Virus record (IMG/VR): IMGVR_UViG_3300030329_005658
Coordinates: 1 to 64,000 of that record
Length of the DNA stretch: 64,000 nt
Direction: 5' to 3' (one strand)
From: a virus
Part shown: positions 1 through 9,753 of the stretch, one piece after another
Position numbering within the stretch: the stretch's first letter is position 1
Layout of the letters: the number at the start of each line of letters is the position of its first letter
The notes under the pieces: model-generated
What the model was told of the DNA's origin: nothing
The model's database searches: none
The model's input: the letters and a program-made list of their open reading frames with translations, nothing else
Made by a program: the position numbers and the translations under genes

Positions 1-1524
1 CCTTCTTCCTTTGGCGAAGTCGCTCTTTTTGTAAGTGTTCCTGCTAATTCCGCTGGTACAGCACCAGATACATCGTATTTGCCAATTTTAAAAAAAGGAG
101 CCTCGTTTTCCACCTCAGACGGTAGAAACTTTATCTTAACAGAGCATGTTAATTTTAATGATCCAAAAAGCCAATTTGTCGCAACTGGTATTGATTCCGC
201 AACAGGCTTGAATACTTATTTTGCTGTGAAGGCTTACGGGCAAGTTAAATCAGGAGTCATAGAAAAAGAGGAAATTGATTTGACAAACGAAGGATTTGAA
301 AAATTCAAATTAATCCGAATTGGAGATTCAGACATTTCCGAAATTATTAGTGTTTTTGATTCTTCTGGTAACCAATATCACCAAGTAGACACCCTCTCCC
401 AGGAAGTGATATTTAAAGAGACAACAAATAAAAATGCCCATGTTGATGGTGTAAGGTCGATATTGAAGCCTTTTGTAACAACTAGGAGATTTACCCTAGA
501 GCAAGACGATACAGGCACATATTTACAATTTGGCTTTGGGAGCGAAGAGGAGGATTCTATTGCGGATGCTCTTGCTGAGCCGGCACAGGTGGCCCTAAAG
601 CTTCACGGCAAAAGGCAAATAACCACTTCTGGATTTGATCCTTCTAAGTTACTATCAACTGATAAGTTAGGAGTAGCACCATCAAATACGATATTGTCTG
701 TTTCTTATCGTACAAATTCAGGAGACAATACTAGCGCAGCAGCCAACGCTATAACTTCAGTTAACGGCTATGAGTTGGTGTTTCCAGACGAAAATTCCCT
801 ATTGTCATCTGAGGTACAATCAGTTAGAGCCTCCTTGGAATTAACCAACGAAGAGCCGGTTACTTCTGCTGGGGCCGATATTCCCGTTGACGAGCTAAAA
901 CAAAGAATAAAATCTCATTATGCTGCCCAGGGTAGAGCAGTAACTAAGCAAGATTATGAATCATTAGTATACAACATGCCGGCATCATTTGGGTCAATAA
1001 AGCGAGCCAATATCATTAACGATATGGTTAGAAATGATAGAAAAATTAAAATGTATGTTATTTCGGAAGATTCTGACAACAAGCTATCTTATACCTCTAG
1101 CGTCACTAAGAATAATATTAAAAATTGGCTCAAGCATTATAAAAGCCTGAATGATGTGGTCGAAATTCATGATGCTAAGATCATTAACTTTAGTGTTGAT
1201 TTCAAAGTCATGACTGATAGAAGATTCAATAGCGATGAAGTGCTGTTTGATTGTATAGAGGAGCTAAAATCTTATTTTGACCAAAAGTTGTATATTGGTG
1301 AACCACTATATATAACACGAATATATGATCAACTTAATAATGTTGATGGGGTTGTTGATGTTAAGAGGGTTACGATTAACAATAAAGTCAATGGGGTGTA
1401 TTCCATTCTTCCATTTAATTTTAATCATGCTCTATCAAGTGATGGAACCTACTACAAGGTTCCAAAAAATGTAATATTAGAATTAAAGTTTTCTGATTTA
1501 GATATACAAGGGATTGCAATTTAA
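1..1524 (+). CDS. Baseplate wedge protein (T4 gp6-like), 5'-partial
   Basis: The frame is open from base 1, so the real start lies upstream of the window. It has the gp6/baseplate J-like RAVTKQDYE motif and a YLQFGFG segment. Confidence 0.85.
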   Translation, partial: PSSFGEVALFVSVPANSAGTAPDTSYLPILKKGASFSTSDGRNFILTEHVNFNDPKSQFVATGIDSATGLNTYFAVKAYGQVKSGVIEKEEIDLTNEGFEKFKLIRIGDSDISEIISVFDSSGNQYHQVDTLSQEVIFKETTNKNAHVDGVRSILKPFVTTRRFTLEQDDTGTYLQFGFGSEEEDSIADALAEPAQVALKLHGKRQITTSGFDPSKLLSTDKLGVAPSNTILSVSYRTNSGDNTSAAANAITSVNGYELVFPDENSLLSSEVQSVRASLELTNEEPVTSAGADIPVDELKQRIKSHYAAQGRAVTKQDYESLVYNMPASFGSIKRANIINDMVRNDRKIKMYVISEDSDNKLSYTSSVTKNNIKNWLKHYKSLNDVVEIHDAKIINFSVDFKVMTDRRFNSDEVLFDCIEELKSYFDQKLYIGEPLYITRIYDQLNNVDGVVDVKRVTINNKVNGVYSILPFNFNHALSSDGTYYKVPKNVILELKFSDLDIQGIAI

Positions 1525-1525
1525 A

Positions 1526-3070
1526 ATGGCTATTAAAAAATACTTTTCAACCGCCGATAACACAATTACCAATGCTTTTCAAGAAGGGATGGTGACAAGG
1601 GGAACAGGCTCTAATATGGGCCAAGGAGACATATTAGAGGTTTTTTCAATTTATGGACAATCAGGCCTTACACCAAAAACATCAGAGTTATCACGAATTT
1701 TAATTCAGTTTCCAACCACGACAATGGCCACGGATAGAGCAAACGGCACAATCCCAGCTTCAGGCAGTGTAAGTTTTTATTTAAATCTTTATAATGCCGA
1801 ACATAGACAGACTACACCTCGATCGTATACGCTAACCGTTAATGCCATATCTTCTTCTTGGGAAGAGGGGTATGGAGTTGACATGCAAACATACGAGGAC
1901 TTGACATATGACAGGATCGGTTCTAACTGGATTCAGGCAAGAGCTTCCGCTTCAGTTTCAGATGACGGTAAGTGGGCCTCAGAGGGCGGAGATATTTATA
2001 CAGACACAAGCTCCTCTTTTGAGCAAAGTTTCGACACAGGGCTTGAAAATATCTCACTTGATATAACAACCCTGGTAGAGCAGTGGATTAATAGCGGAGG
2101 CAATGTTCTTGGCTCAAAAAGCAACTATGGGCTCCTTATTAAGCTGTCTTCTTCTTATGAGGCATCAAGCTCCGCAAACCCCACGGGGGCTCAAATTTCA
2201 TATTATACAAAAAAGTTTTTTAGCCGATCTTCAGAGTTTTTCTTGAAGCGGCCGACAATAGAAGCAAGATGGGATTCTTCAGAAAGAGACAACAGGGGTA
2301 ACTTTTATTATAGTAGCTCCTTAGCGCCAGCCGAAGATAATCTTAATTCTTTATATATGTACAATTATATACGCGGAAACCTTCAAGATATCGCAGGCCA
2401 AAGCACCTCATTGCCGACGTTAAAACTATATTACTCTTCTGGGTCTGTTCCTGAAGGATCGGCAAGGGGTTTTCTAAATTCCTCAAATACAGCAGTGACC
2501 AGCTTGGAAGCCTCTAGGCAATCCAAGGGTGTATATAAGGCTACACTAGCCGCAACTAGTAGCATAACAACAACCACATATCCGTATTTGGTTGATGTGT
2601 GGACAACTGGAGGAGTTGAGGTACATACTGGCTCTGCCATTTCTCCAAAGAAGTTTTCCTTTTCCAATGCCAACCCAGACAAGAGATATGTGGTTTCTGT
2701 TCCCAACATGAAGCAAAAATATTACAAATCCCAAACTGAGCGATTTAGGCTTTTTGTTAGAGAGAAGAATTGGTCACCAAATATTTACACCAAGGCTGTT
2801 TCGTCACCAGAAAACATTTTAATTCAAAGTGCTTCGTACAAGCTGATAAGAACAGCGGATGACCAAATAGTAATTAACTATGGAACGGCTTCCACCAAGC
2901 ATACCATGATGTCTTATGACGTAAGCGGCAACTACTTTGATTTGGATATGAGCATGTTGGAGCCCGGCTATATATACGGGTTAAAATTTTCTTTTTATGA
3001 AGACGCAATTTCGTCCTTCATAGAGCAGCCATATATATTCAAATTTAGAGTAGAAGAAGATGAGTCTTAA
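1526..3070 (+). CDS. Virion/baseplate structural protein with a DNRLRE-like N-terminal domain
   Basis: ATG at 1526 (MAIKKYF). Motifs ADNTI...SRILIQF...W.EG.G...DITTLVEQW...NYGLLIK...RPTIEARWD resemble DNRLRE domains. Lies in the baseplate operon. Confidence 0.6.
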   Translation: MAIKKYFSTADNTITNAFQEGMVTRGTGSNMGQGDILEVFSIYGQSGLTPKTSELSRILIQFPTTTMATDRANGTIPASGSVSFYLNLYNAEHRQTTPRSYTLTVNAISSSWEEGYGVDMQTYEDLTYDRIGSNWIQARASASVSDDGKWASEGGDIYTDTSSSFEQSFDTGLENISLDITTLVEQWINSGGNVLGSKSNYGLLIKLSSSYEASSSANPTGAQISYYTKKFFSRSSEFFLKRPTIEARWDSSERDNRGNFYYSSSLAPAEDNLNSLYMYNYIRGNLQDIAGQSTSLPTLKLYYSSGSVPEGSARGFLNSSNTAVTSLEASRQSKGVYKATLAATSSITTTTYPYLVDVWTTGGVEVHTGSAISPKKFSFSNANPDKRYVVSVPNMKQKYYKSQTERFRLFVREKNWSPNIYTKAVSSPENILIQSASYKLIRTADDQIVINYGTASTKHTMMSYDVSGNYFDLDMSMLEPGYIYGLKFSFYEDAISSFIEQPYIFKFRVEEDES

Positions 3071-6000
3071 AGATTATTTTTATAATAAACAAACTGCCGC
3101 AGCAAGCGCAACTTCAGCCAGCGCCGATGTAGAATCAAAAGATTTTATTGTTACCAAATTAGTAAACAATAAAACGTTTACACCGCATTTGGATTTTGCC
3201 TCTGCGTCTAATTTCGCTAAGTTTGGTTCAGCTTATGAGTATTACACTAGAGCCATTGAGCGGATTTATAATGATTATCCATATGACGGGTCAGAAAAAG
3301 AAAAATTAGAATTTGAAATTTCTTCTTCTTATCTTGATGAGTACATTTTTAACAAACGGTATCCCAAAACGACAGGATACATTAATATGTCTCATGACAC
3401 ATGGGGCACGGCAGCATCAATAACTGATGGGTACGGCATACCGAATAGCGCAGCAGACTATGAGTATATATTTGTTAAAGGTGGAGTCCATACCAGGGCT
3501 GATTTGGTTGACACCTCTTTAAAGACTGTTTTCAAAAATTCCCCAATAATTTATGATTCTGCGAAAGACAGAACCACCACTTTCGTTCTTGATATGCCTA
3601 CTGGATTCAGTGTCGAGTTTTGGCTTAAAAAGGATGCTTTTAGCCTTGCTAAAACCAAAAAGGAAGTAATCCTTGATCTTTGGAACGGGGAACTGTCCTC
3701 TTCGGCAAACTATGGAAGATTTACGCTTGAGCTATCTGGAACTGCGAATGGCCAAGATGTTTTTAGAGCCACTCTTTATTCGGGCTCTACCGGCTTTTTT
3801 TCGCAACCAATTGGAACCTCGACCATTACCACTGGTTCCCTCTCAAGTTGGGCGCATTATGCCTTTACGGCCGTTTCTGGGGCTTCTGGTATCACATCTC
3901 GCCTGTACAAAAATGGGGATCTAAACGAAAATAAGACGCTTGGGTCTGCTGGAATGGGAGCAATAGGGGGCCTAATTAACGGTTATATCGGCGCCCTACA
4001 GACAAACCCGTCGGGATCATCAGCAGCCAAATATGCCGGTAAATTAAGCGCCAGTTTGGACGATTTTAGATTCTGGAAGACCCGAAGAACATCAGAGCAA
4101 ATATATAATAATTGGTATAGACCTGTTGGGGGTGGAACCAATTCAGACGAAGCAAATACCAAATTGGGATTATACTTTAAATTCAATGAAGGTATTGTGG
4201 GGAATACGACCACGGACTCAATAATATTAGATTATTCAGGCAGAATTGCCAATGGCGCTTGGACAGGCTACACGGCCGGTGCTAGAAACACAGGCTCTGC
4301 TTTTATATCTTCAAGCTTGGTAGCAAGAGAGGCAGAAGACCCAATCATATACAGTGGCCACTCTAGAGTCCAAAGTTTATTGACAGAGTTACAAACATCA
4401 GGAAGTCATTGGGATATACAGAATCCAACTCTCCTCTATAACACGATACCGCACTGGATTAGGAACGAAGACGAGAGTACTAATGAAAATGTAAAATATT
4501 TGTTTCAAATTATGTCAAGTTATTTTGACACTTTGTATTCTCAAATTTCTGTTTTGCCACATATTAAAAATATACAATATATAACACCTGAGTACAAGCC
4601 AAAGCCTTTTGCTGATAGGTTGATTGAGGACCGAGGGCTCCTCGTTCCAAACCTATTTGTTAATTCTGATATCTTAGAAAAATACGGAAGCAGAGATTCG
4701 AATAAGATTCTATTTGAAGATGATATTAATAATATTAAAAACTTTGTTTATACTAACATTTATAACAATCTTAGCTTCATATTGAAAACGAAAGGCACCG
4801 AGCGGTCAATCAGAAACATGCTAAGGTGTTTTGGGATTGATGATGAGATAGTCAAGTTAAACATTTACACGGATGGCGGCACTCATTACTTATCAGATAA
4901 AAGAAAGCACACGGCTCATAGAAAAAGATTTATAAATTTCAATAACTCTAATACTTTCGAAAGCACAATTTACCAAACATCGTCTGCTAATACCTCTTAT
5001 ACTTTTGTAACAGGATCGGGAGCAAGCAAGTTAGAAAAGTATTCAGCTATGACTTCCGAAATAACAATTAAGGTACCAGTTAAAATCCCTGAGGATCGGA
5101 AGCAGTTTTTTAATACTCCGTTCTTGTCGTCATCAATATTTGGTATGCATGAGCCACTCAATTCAGCAAATTACAATAACTACGCTTGGAAAACAAATGA
5201 AATAGCTAATTTTCAAGTTTATTTGGTTCGCGATAAACAGGAATCAACAAATGCCAAGTTTGTGCTGAAAACGCAAGACGAGACAACCTATTTGACGACT
5301 GGCTTTTATTCTGAAGTGTACGATAACGACTTGTGGACTTTGGCGGTTAGAGTAAAGCCTGATGCTTATCCATTTGCCGGGGGGCACCTGGAAACAACAA
5401 ACCCAACATATACTTTAGAATTTTATGGTGTAACACACGCTTTCGAAAATGTAGAAAGTGAATTTTTGCTAACGGCTTCTTTGTCATATGATAGTGGCTC
5501 CTCTTTCTTGTCAAACGCAAAAAGGTTTTATGTGGGGGCCCATAAGCAAAATTTCACCGGCTCAACATTACAAAAAACAGATTTGAAAATTGGAACGTTT
5601 AGACACTATATGGACTATCTTGAGACGGATACTATAAAAAATCATAATTTAGATATAACAAATTACGCTCACGGAAAAGGACTCCAGGCGACCACAGCTT
5701 TTAATAGCCAGTTGGGAGGTGTGCTTGTTCCTTCTGCTGACACAATAGTGATAAATTGGGACTTCGATACAGTAACTGGCTCTAATGCTGCCGGAGGTTA
5801 TACAGTTGACGATATCTCCAGTGGCTCCTCCACAGAAACTTATGGCTGGATTGACGGTATTATAAACACCGAACACAAAGCTGCTGGCTCTTCATTCCCA
5901 GCATCATCAACTTCATTTGCCTCTAAGGAGTCAACCTTTATCAGCAAAAAGGAATTGCCCGAAATTTCTTATACCGCAGATAATGTTCACATAGCAGATG

Positions 6001-9000
6001 AAAAGAGAAAATTCTTTATTGAGGATGAGGATCTTAGTGATAACTTCTTTGTACTTGAGAAGAGTATGAATCAGGTTGTATCTGAGGAAATGCTTAACAC
6101 TTTCTCTTCTATAGCTGAGTTTAATTCACTGGTTGGTAAGGCGACTGATAGATATCGAATGCAGTACAAGCAATTGGATTTTTATAGGCAAATGTTTTTC
6201 CAAAGAAACACTGGTGACCTGGATATAGAAAGGTTTACTGAGTATTACAAGTGGATTGATACTTCCATCTCCTTTATGGTCAACCAATTATTCCCAATAT
6301 CCGTAAGACACTCAGAAGGCATCATGGATGTGGTCGAAAGCCACATACTTGAAAGGAACAAATACCAAAATAAATTCCCATTGCTTACAACATATACTGC
6401 AACAGAAAATGCAATAAAGGGCCGTAAGGAATTAAATTACAATTGGAAACATGGCCATGCCCCAATAGACAAGACAGAGAACGACAACTGTTTGTGGCAG
6501 AAAGAAAGAGCGCAAAGGCCCGACATAGTTGAACGCGAGACTATAAGAAAGGCGATTATCAATGAGAACGATGCAAAATCTTCTATATTGGGTAAAGCCG
6601 ATGGAACCTCATATAAGAGCAACCTCTATCATGACAGGAGACTGGCCCAGACCATAGATTTAAAGAAAAATATTGTTAGAACAATACATGGTGGAATTAA
6701 CTATCCTGAAAACAAAGATAGGGAATTTGTTCACAATGCTGTTATGCGCCATGGCCCCAAGACTTCTATCGGGGTTCCAAAAAACGTCTTGATTGTTGGC
6801 GAAGGCCCTGGTCAAGGAATAAACCAACAGCAAGTGTGTAATGATACGATTGACCCCAATTTACTTACTAAGATACACGTACAAGCAACAGTCGGCCGCT
6901 TTGCCGCCGGCGGTGTGGTTCCGTCAGCATCTTCGGACGCAGATATTTACGCGTATAGAAATGATGAATCTAAGATTCCTATGAATATCATTTCGGCTTC
7001 CGTGACTACCGGATACAATGCCAGAGTTTCATCGAGCTATAGTGATGTAATCTTTACTAACATTCACTCAGATACGACTTATTTTGAGAATGATATCCCA
7101 ATGCAGGGGCCATTCGCAGAGGGGTGGGTTGGCGGACACCAGTCTAGACATGTTGAGATTAACAAATATGATGCCTCATTGATAGATGATTTCACCGGTG
7201 TTGTTCCCAAAAACAATGTTGATAATCAATATACGAGACCAGAGGCCTGGCGCCTCTTGTTGGGAGACAAGCACTCTTCCGATGGCGCATTCGCATTTAG
7301 TGGGTTTGATTACGGTGGTCCGTACCCAGATCCCACTCGAAAGGGAGCAACTTATTATCGTGGGGAAAGAGCAAAGCGACCAGTTAACATTGAGAATATC
7401 AAGACCACTACTGGTAGCAAAAGGCATGGAAATTACATGGAAAACTTCGAAGTAATTTCTGCTGCTGGTCGCAGAGAGAACAATCTTTATCTCAGGAACA
7501 ACACCAATCAGTCACTTTATATTCCAACCTCGATCGGATCAGAATTACCCAGCACAACGCACCCAATGAGCTTAGTTGGCAAAGAGCCATTTTCTGAAGG
7601 AAACGTCTTCGGCTCGCACAAGAATAACCGTCAACCTAACGGCCAATGCTATAATTTGGCCTATGGGCAGGGAATATATTTGAATGATACATTTATGTCT
7701 GATACTTTATTTTCTGGGTATACTAATGGCAACGGGTTTGCTTTTAGTCTGTGGCTGAAGATACCAGATGGAGAAATACCACAATCTGGTATACAATATT
7801 TATTGTATGCAAAAGATAACAGTGGCAATGTTGTTGTAACTATCTTGTTAGGGAACAACTTCAGTAAATTCACATTTACTTGTAGATATTCAGATGGCAC
7901 TTCCACCAATAAAACATTCACAGCTTCAGATGGTGGCGAGTGGAAACATTATGTATTTACTTTTGATGGTGTAACTGCTTATAATGGAGGTTCTCAAACC
8001 GCTGATAATTTAAAGTTGTATATTAATGGAGTGAGTCAACCTGCTTTAAGTACAGGTAGCAGTGTTGGGGCCGACAAGGCAGCGTCAGATTTGAGAGTTA
8101 TACAAGATATAACTCGAATCGGAGATACAGATATAAAATTGTATTTAGATGATATAGCAGTTTGGGATTCTTATTTTACGGAAGCCAATGTGTCGGAATT
8201 GTATAATAGTGGCTGTTATTCCAATTTATCAACCCACTCAAAGGCAGCAGATTATTTAGTAAGCTGGTGGCCTATTAAGGACTGGGGAGTTGGTTCCACA
8301 GACACTACTGGTTCTATTAAGGAGTTTGATAACAGAAATACTTTAACAGTAGCTACTCCAGCAAGTGCCTCTTTTGTTAGCGGAGGTGCCCCAACAATAA
8401 GTCGCCAATCATCTTTAGATGTCGTAATTGCTGTTCCTGACGACCTCCTTAACGGGTCTAAGAATCGTACGATTATTACATCACGATTTTCGGCACCCGG
8501 AGGAATTGAAGTCCAAAGCAAGGGATATCTTGATGCTTATTCGCACGAATATTCAGTTCACAACTCTCTTGCGTATAGAAATATGACGGTTAGGGGCTCT
8601 GGTTCTGGCGAGAGCGGAACGATTAGATCATCTGACGTCCATGAAAATCGCTTTGGGCTAAGAACACACCTCTCTCGCCACTCCGGTAAGTTTGGCAGTG
8701 ATTCTGTCATCGGGTCGGTAACTGAAGCAAACTATGTCACCATCCCTTCTTACCACAAAATTCAAAGAAATATAGCAAGAAAACCAGATTCAAACACTGA
8801 GAAGTCTTCTCCAATTTTTAATGAAGACCACAACAACGCATTTTTTCAAAGCCCAATACCGCAAAGTGAATTCCAATATTCATGGCTCACAGCCTCCATT
8901 GGTAACAACTACAGTATACACAGTGGAAAACAAAGGGTTTATGGTTATGCTCCAAGGAACGGAGAGGTTATTGATGGTCCGTCAAGCGCCGCCTTTGCTA

Positions 9001-9752
9001 ATTTCAATGGCATTGATAGTTATATAAATATTGGAAATGCTGCTCGATGGCAAGCGTTGGTGGGAACAGGAAACAGCAACAACGCGTTTACTGTGTCCGC
9101 GTGGATTAAGCTTAGGGATTATCAAAAATTTTCAAGCATTATTAGCTTTGGTGATGATATGATTCTTTATGTGGATATCGTCGGCAGGCTTGTTTTTCGT
9201 GTTGGTAATGGATGGGATTCTGGTGGTTTTGTTTTTTGGGTTACTGATCCTGAGCTTATACCAAAGTCTCTTTGGACTCATGTATCTATAACATATAATT
9301 ATTCGTCCACTGGCAATAACCCAGTGTTGTATATCAATGGAGAGGCACAAACTGTGTATGAAATCGATGGCCCACCAGCCGGTAGTTTCACCGGGGTTAA
9401 TACCGAAGATTCACATATTGGTAAATGGTCATCATCGTATTTTAATGGATTTATTAGCAATGTTGCTATTTGGAGTAATGCGCTGTCAGCCGCACAAGTT
9501 TTAAGAATTTATAATGCTGGTATCTCTCCTACGGAGGTTTTAGCGAACCCGACGAATTTAGCAGCGTTTTATGAAATAACAAAAAGGACGCTTGGGCACA
9601 TTCAGGGAGATACAGCCTCGCAGATTAATGATAGATCTGGGAACAGTTATAATTCTACTGCTACTAATAATATATCATTAGTGGAGGAGAACCCGAATTC
9701 TCCTGTGGAGGCTTTGGTTTTCCCGTCAGCGTCAGAGATTTTTGGAGTATAA
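3060..9752 (+). CDS. Large virion protein (2230 aa) with three LamG/concanavalin-like domains
   Basis: Three LamG-type segments: FSVEFWLK..W.HYAFT..LDDFRFW, FAFSLWLK..WKHYVFT..LDDIAVWD and FTVSAWIK..WTHVSIT..ISNVAIWS. A KTKGTERSIRNMLRCFG segment is typical of baseplate wedge proteins. Confidence 0.7.
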   Translation: MSLKDYFYNKQTAAASATSASADVESKDFIVTKLVNNKTFTPHLDFASASNFAKFGSAYEYYTRAIERIYNDYPYDGSEKEKLEFEISSSYLDEYIFNKRYPKTTGYINMSHDTWGTAASITDGYGIPNSAADYEYIFVKGGVHTRADLVDTSLKTVFKNSPIIYDSAKDRTTTFVLDMPTGFSVEFWLKKDAFSLAKTKKEVILDLWNGELSSSANYGRFTLELSGTANGQDVFRATLYSGSTGFFSQPIGTSTITTGSLSSWAHYAFTAVSGASGITSRLYKNGDLNENKTLGSAGMGAIGGLINGYIGALQTNPSGSSAAKYAGKLSASLDDFRFWKTRRTSEQIYNNWYRPVGGGTNSDEANTKLGLYFKFNEGIVGNTTTDSIILDYSGRIANGAWTGYTAGARNTGSAFISSSLVAREAEDPIIYSGHSRVQSLLTELQTSGSHWDIQNPTLLYNTIPHWIRNEDESTNENVKYLFQIMSSYFDTLYSQISVLPHIKNIQYITPEYKPKPFADRLIEDRGLLVPNLFVNSDILEKYGSRDSNKILFEDDINNIKNFVYTNIYNNLSFILKTKGTERSIRNMLRCFGIDDEIVKLNIYTDGGTHYLSDKRKHTAHRKRFINFNNSNTFESTIYQTSSANTSYTFVTGSGASKLEKYSAMTSEITIKVPVKIPEDRKQFFNTPFLSSSIFGMHEPLNSANYNNYAWKTNEIANFQVYLVRDKQESTNAKFVLKTQDETTYLTTGFYSEVYDNDLWTLAVRVKPDAYPFAGGHLETTNPTYTLEFYGVTHAFENVESEFLLTASLSYDSGSSFLSNAKRFYVGAHKQNFTGSTLQKTDLKIGTFRHYMDYLETDTIKNHNLDITNYAHGKGLQATTAFNSQLGGVLVPSADTIVINWDFDTVTGSNAAGGYTVDDISSGSSTETYGWIDGIINTEHKAAGSSFPASSTSFASKESTFISKKELPEISYTADNVHIADEKRKFFIEDEDLSDNFFVLEKSMNQVVSEEMLNTFSSIAEFNSLVGKATDRYRMQYKQLDFYRQMFFQRNTGDLDIERFTEYYKWIDTSISFMVNQLFPISVRHSEGIMDVVESHILERNKYQNKFPLLTTYTATENAIKGRKELNYNWKHGHAPIDKTENDNCLWQKERAQRPDIVERETIRKAIINENDAKSSILGKADGTSYKSNLYHDRRLAQTIDLKKNIVRTIHGGINYPENKDREFVHNAVMRHGPKTSIGVPKNVLIVGEGPGQGINQQQVCNDTIDPNLLTKIHVQATVGRFAAGGVVPSASSDADIYAYRNDESKIPMNIISASVTTGYNARVSSSYSDVIFTNIHSDTTYFENDIPMQGPFAEGWVGGHQSRHVEINKYDASLIDDFTGVVPKNNVDNQYTRPEAWRLLLGDKHSSDGAFAFSGFDYGGPYPDPTRKGATYYRGERAKRPVNIENIKTTTGSKRHGNYMENFEVISAAGRRENNLYLRNNTNQSLYIPTSIGSELPSTTHPMSLVGKEPFSEGNVFGSHKNNRQPNGQCYNLAYGQGIYLNDTFMSDTLFSGYTNGNGFAFSLWLKIPDGEIPQSGIQYLLYAKDNSGNVVVTILLGNNFSKFTFTCRYSDGTSTNKTFTASDGGEWKHYVFTFDGVTAYNGGSQTADNLKLYINGVSQPALSTGSSVGADKAASDLRVIQDITRIGDTDIKLYLDDIAVWDSYFTEANVSELYNSGCYSNLSTHSKAADYLVSWWPIKDWGVGSTDTTGSIKEFDNRNTLTVATPASASFVSGGAPTISRQSSLDVVIAVPDDLLNGSKNRTIITSRFSAPGGIEVQSKGYLDAYSHEYSVHNSLAYRNMTVRGSGSGESGTIRSSDVHENRFGLRTHLSRHSGKFGSDSVIGSVTEANYVTIPSYHKIQRNIARKPDSNTEKSSPIFNEDHNNAFFQSPIPQSEFQYSWLTASIGNNYSIHSGKQRVYGYAPRNGEVIDGPSSAAFANFNGIDSYINIGNAARWQALVGTGNSNNAFTVSAWIKLRDYQKFSSIISFGDDMILYVDIVGRLVFRVGNGWDSGGFVFWVTDPELIPKSLWTHVSITYNYSSTGNNPVLYINGEAQTVYEIDGPPAGSFTGVNTEDSHIGKWSSSYFNGFISNVAIWSNALSAAQVLRIYNAGISPTEVLANPTNLAAFYEITKRTLGHIQGDTASQINDRSGNSYNSTATNNISLVEENPNSPVEALVFPSASEIFGV

Positions 9753-9753
9753 A

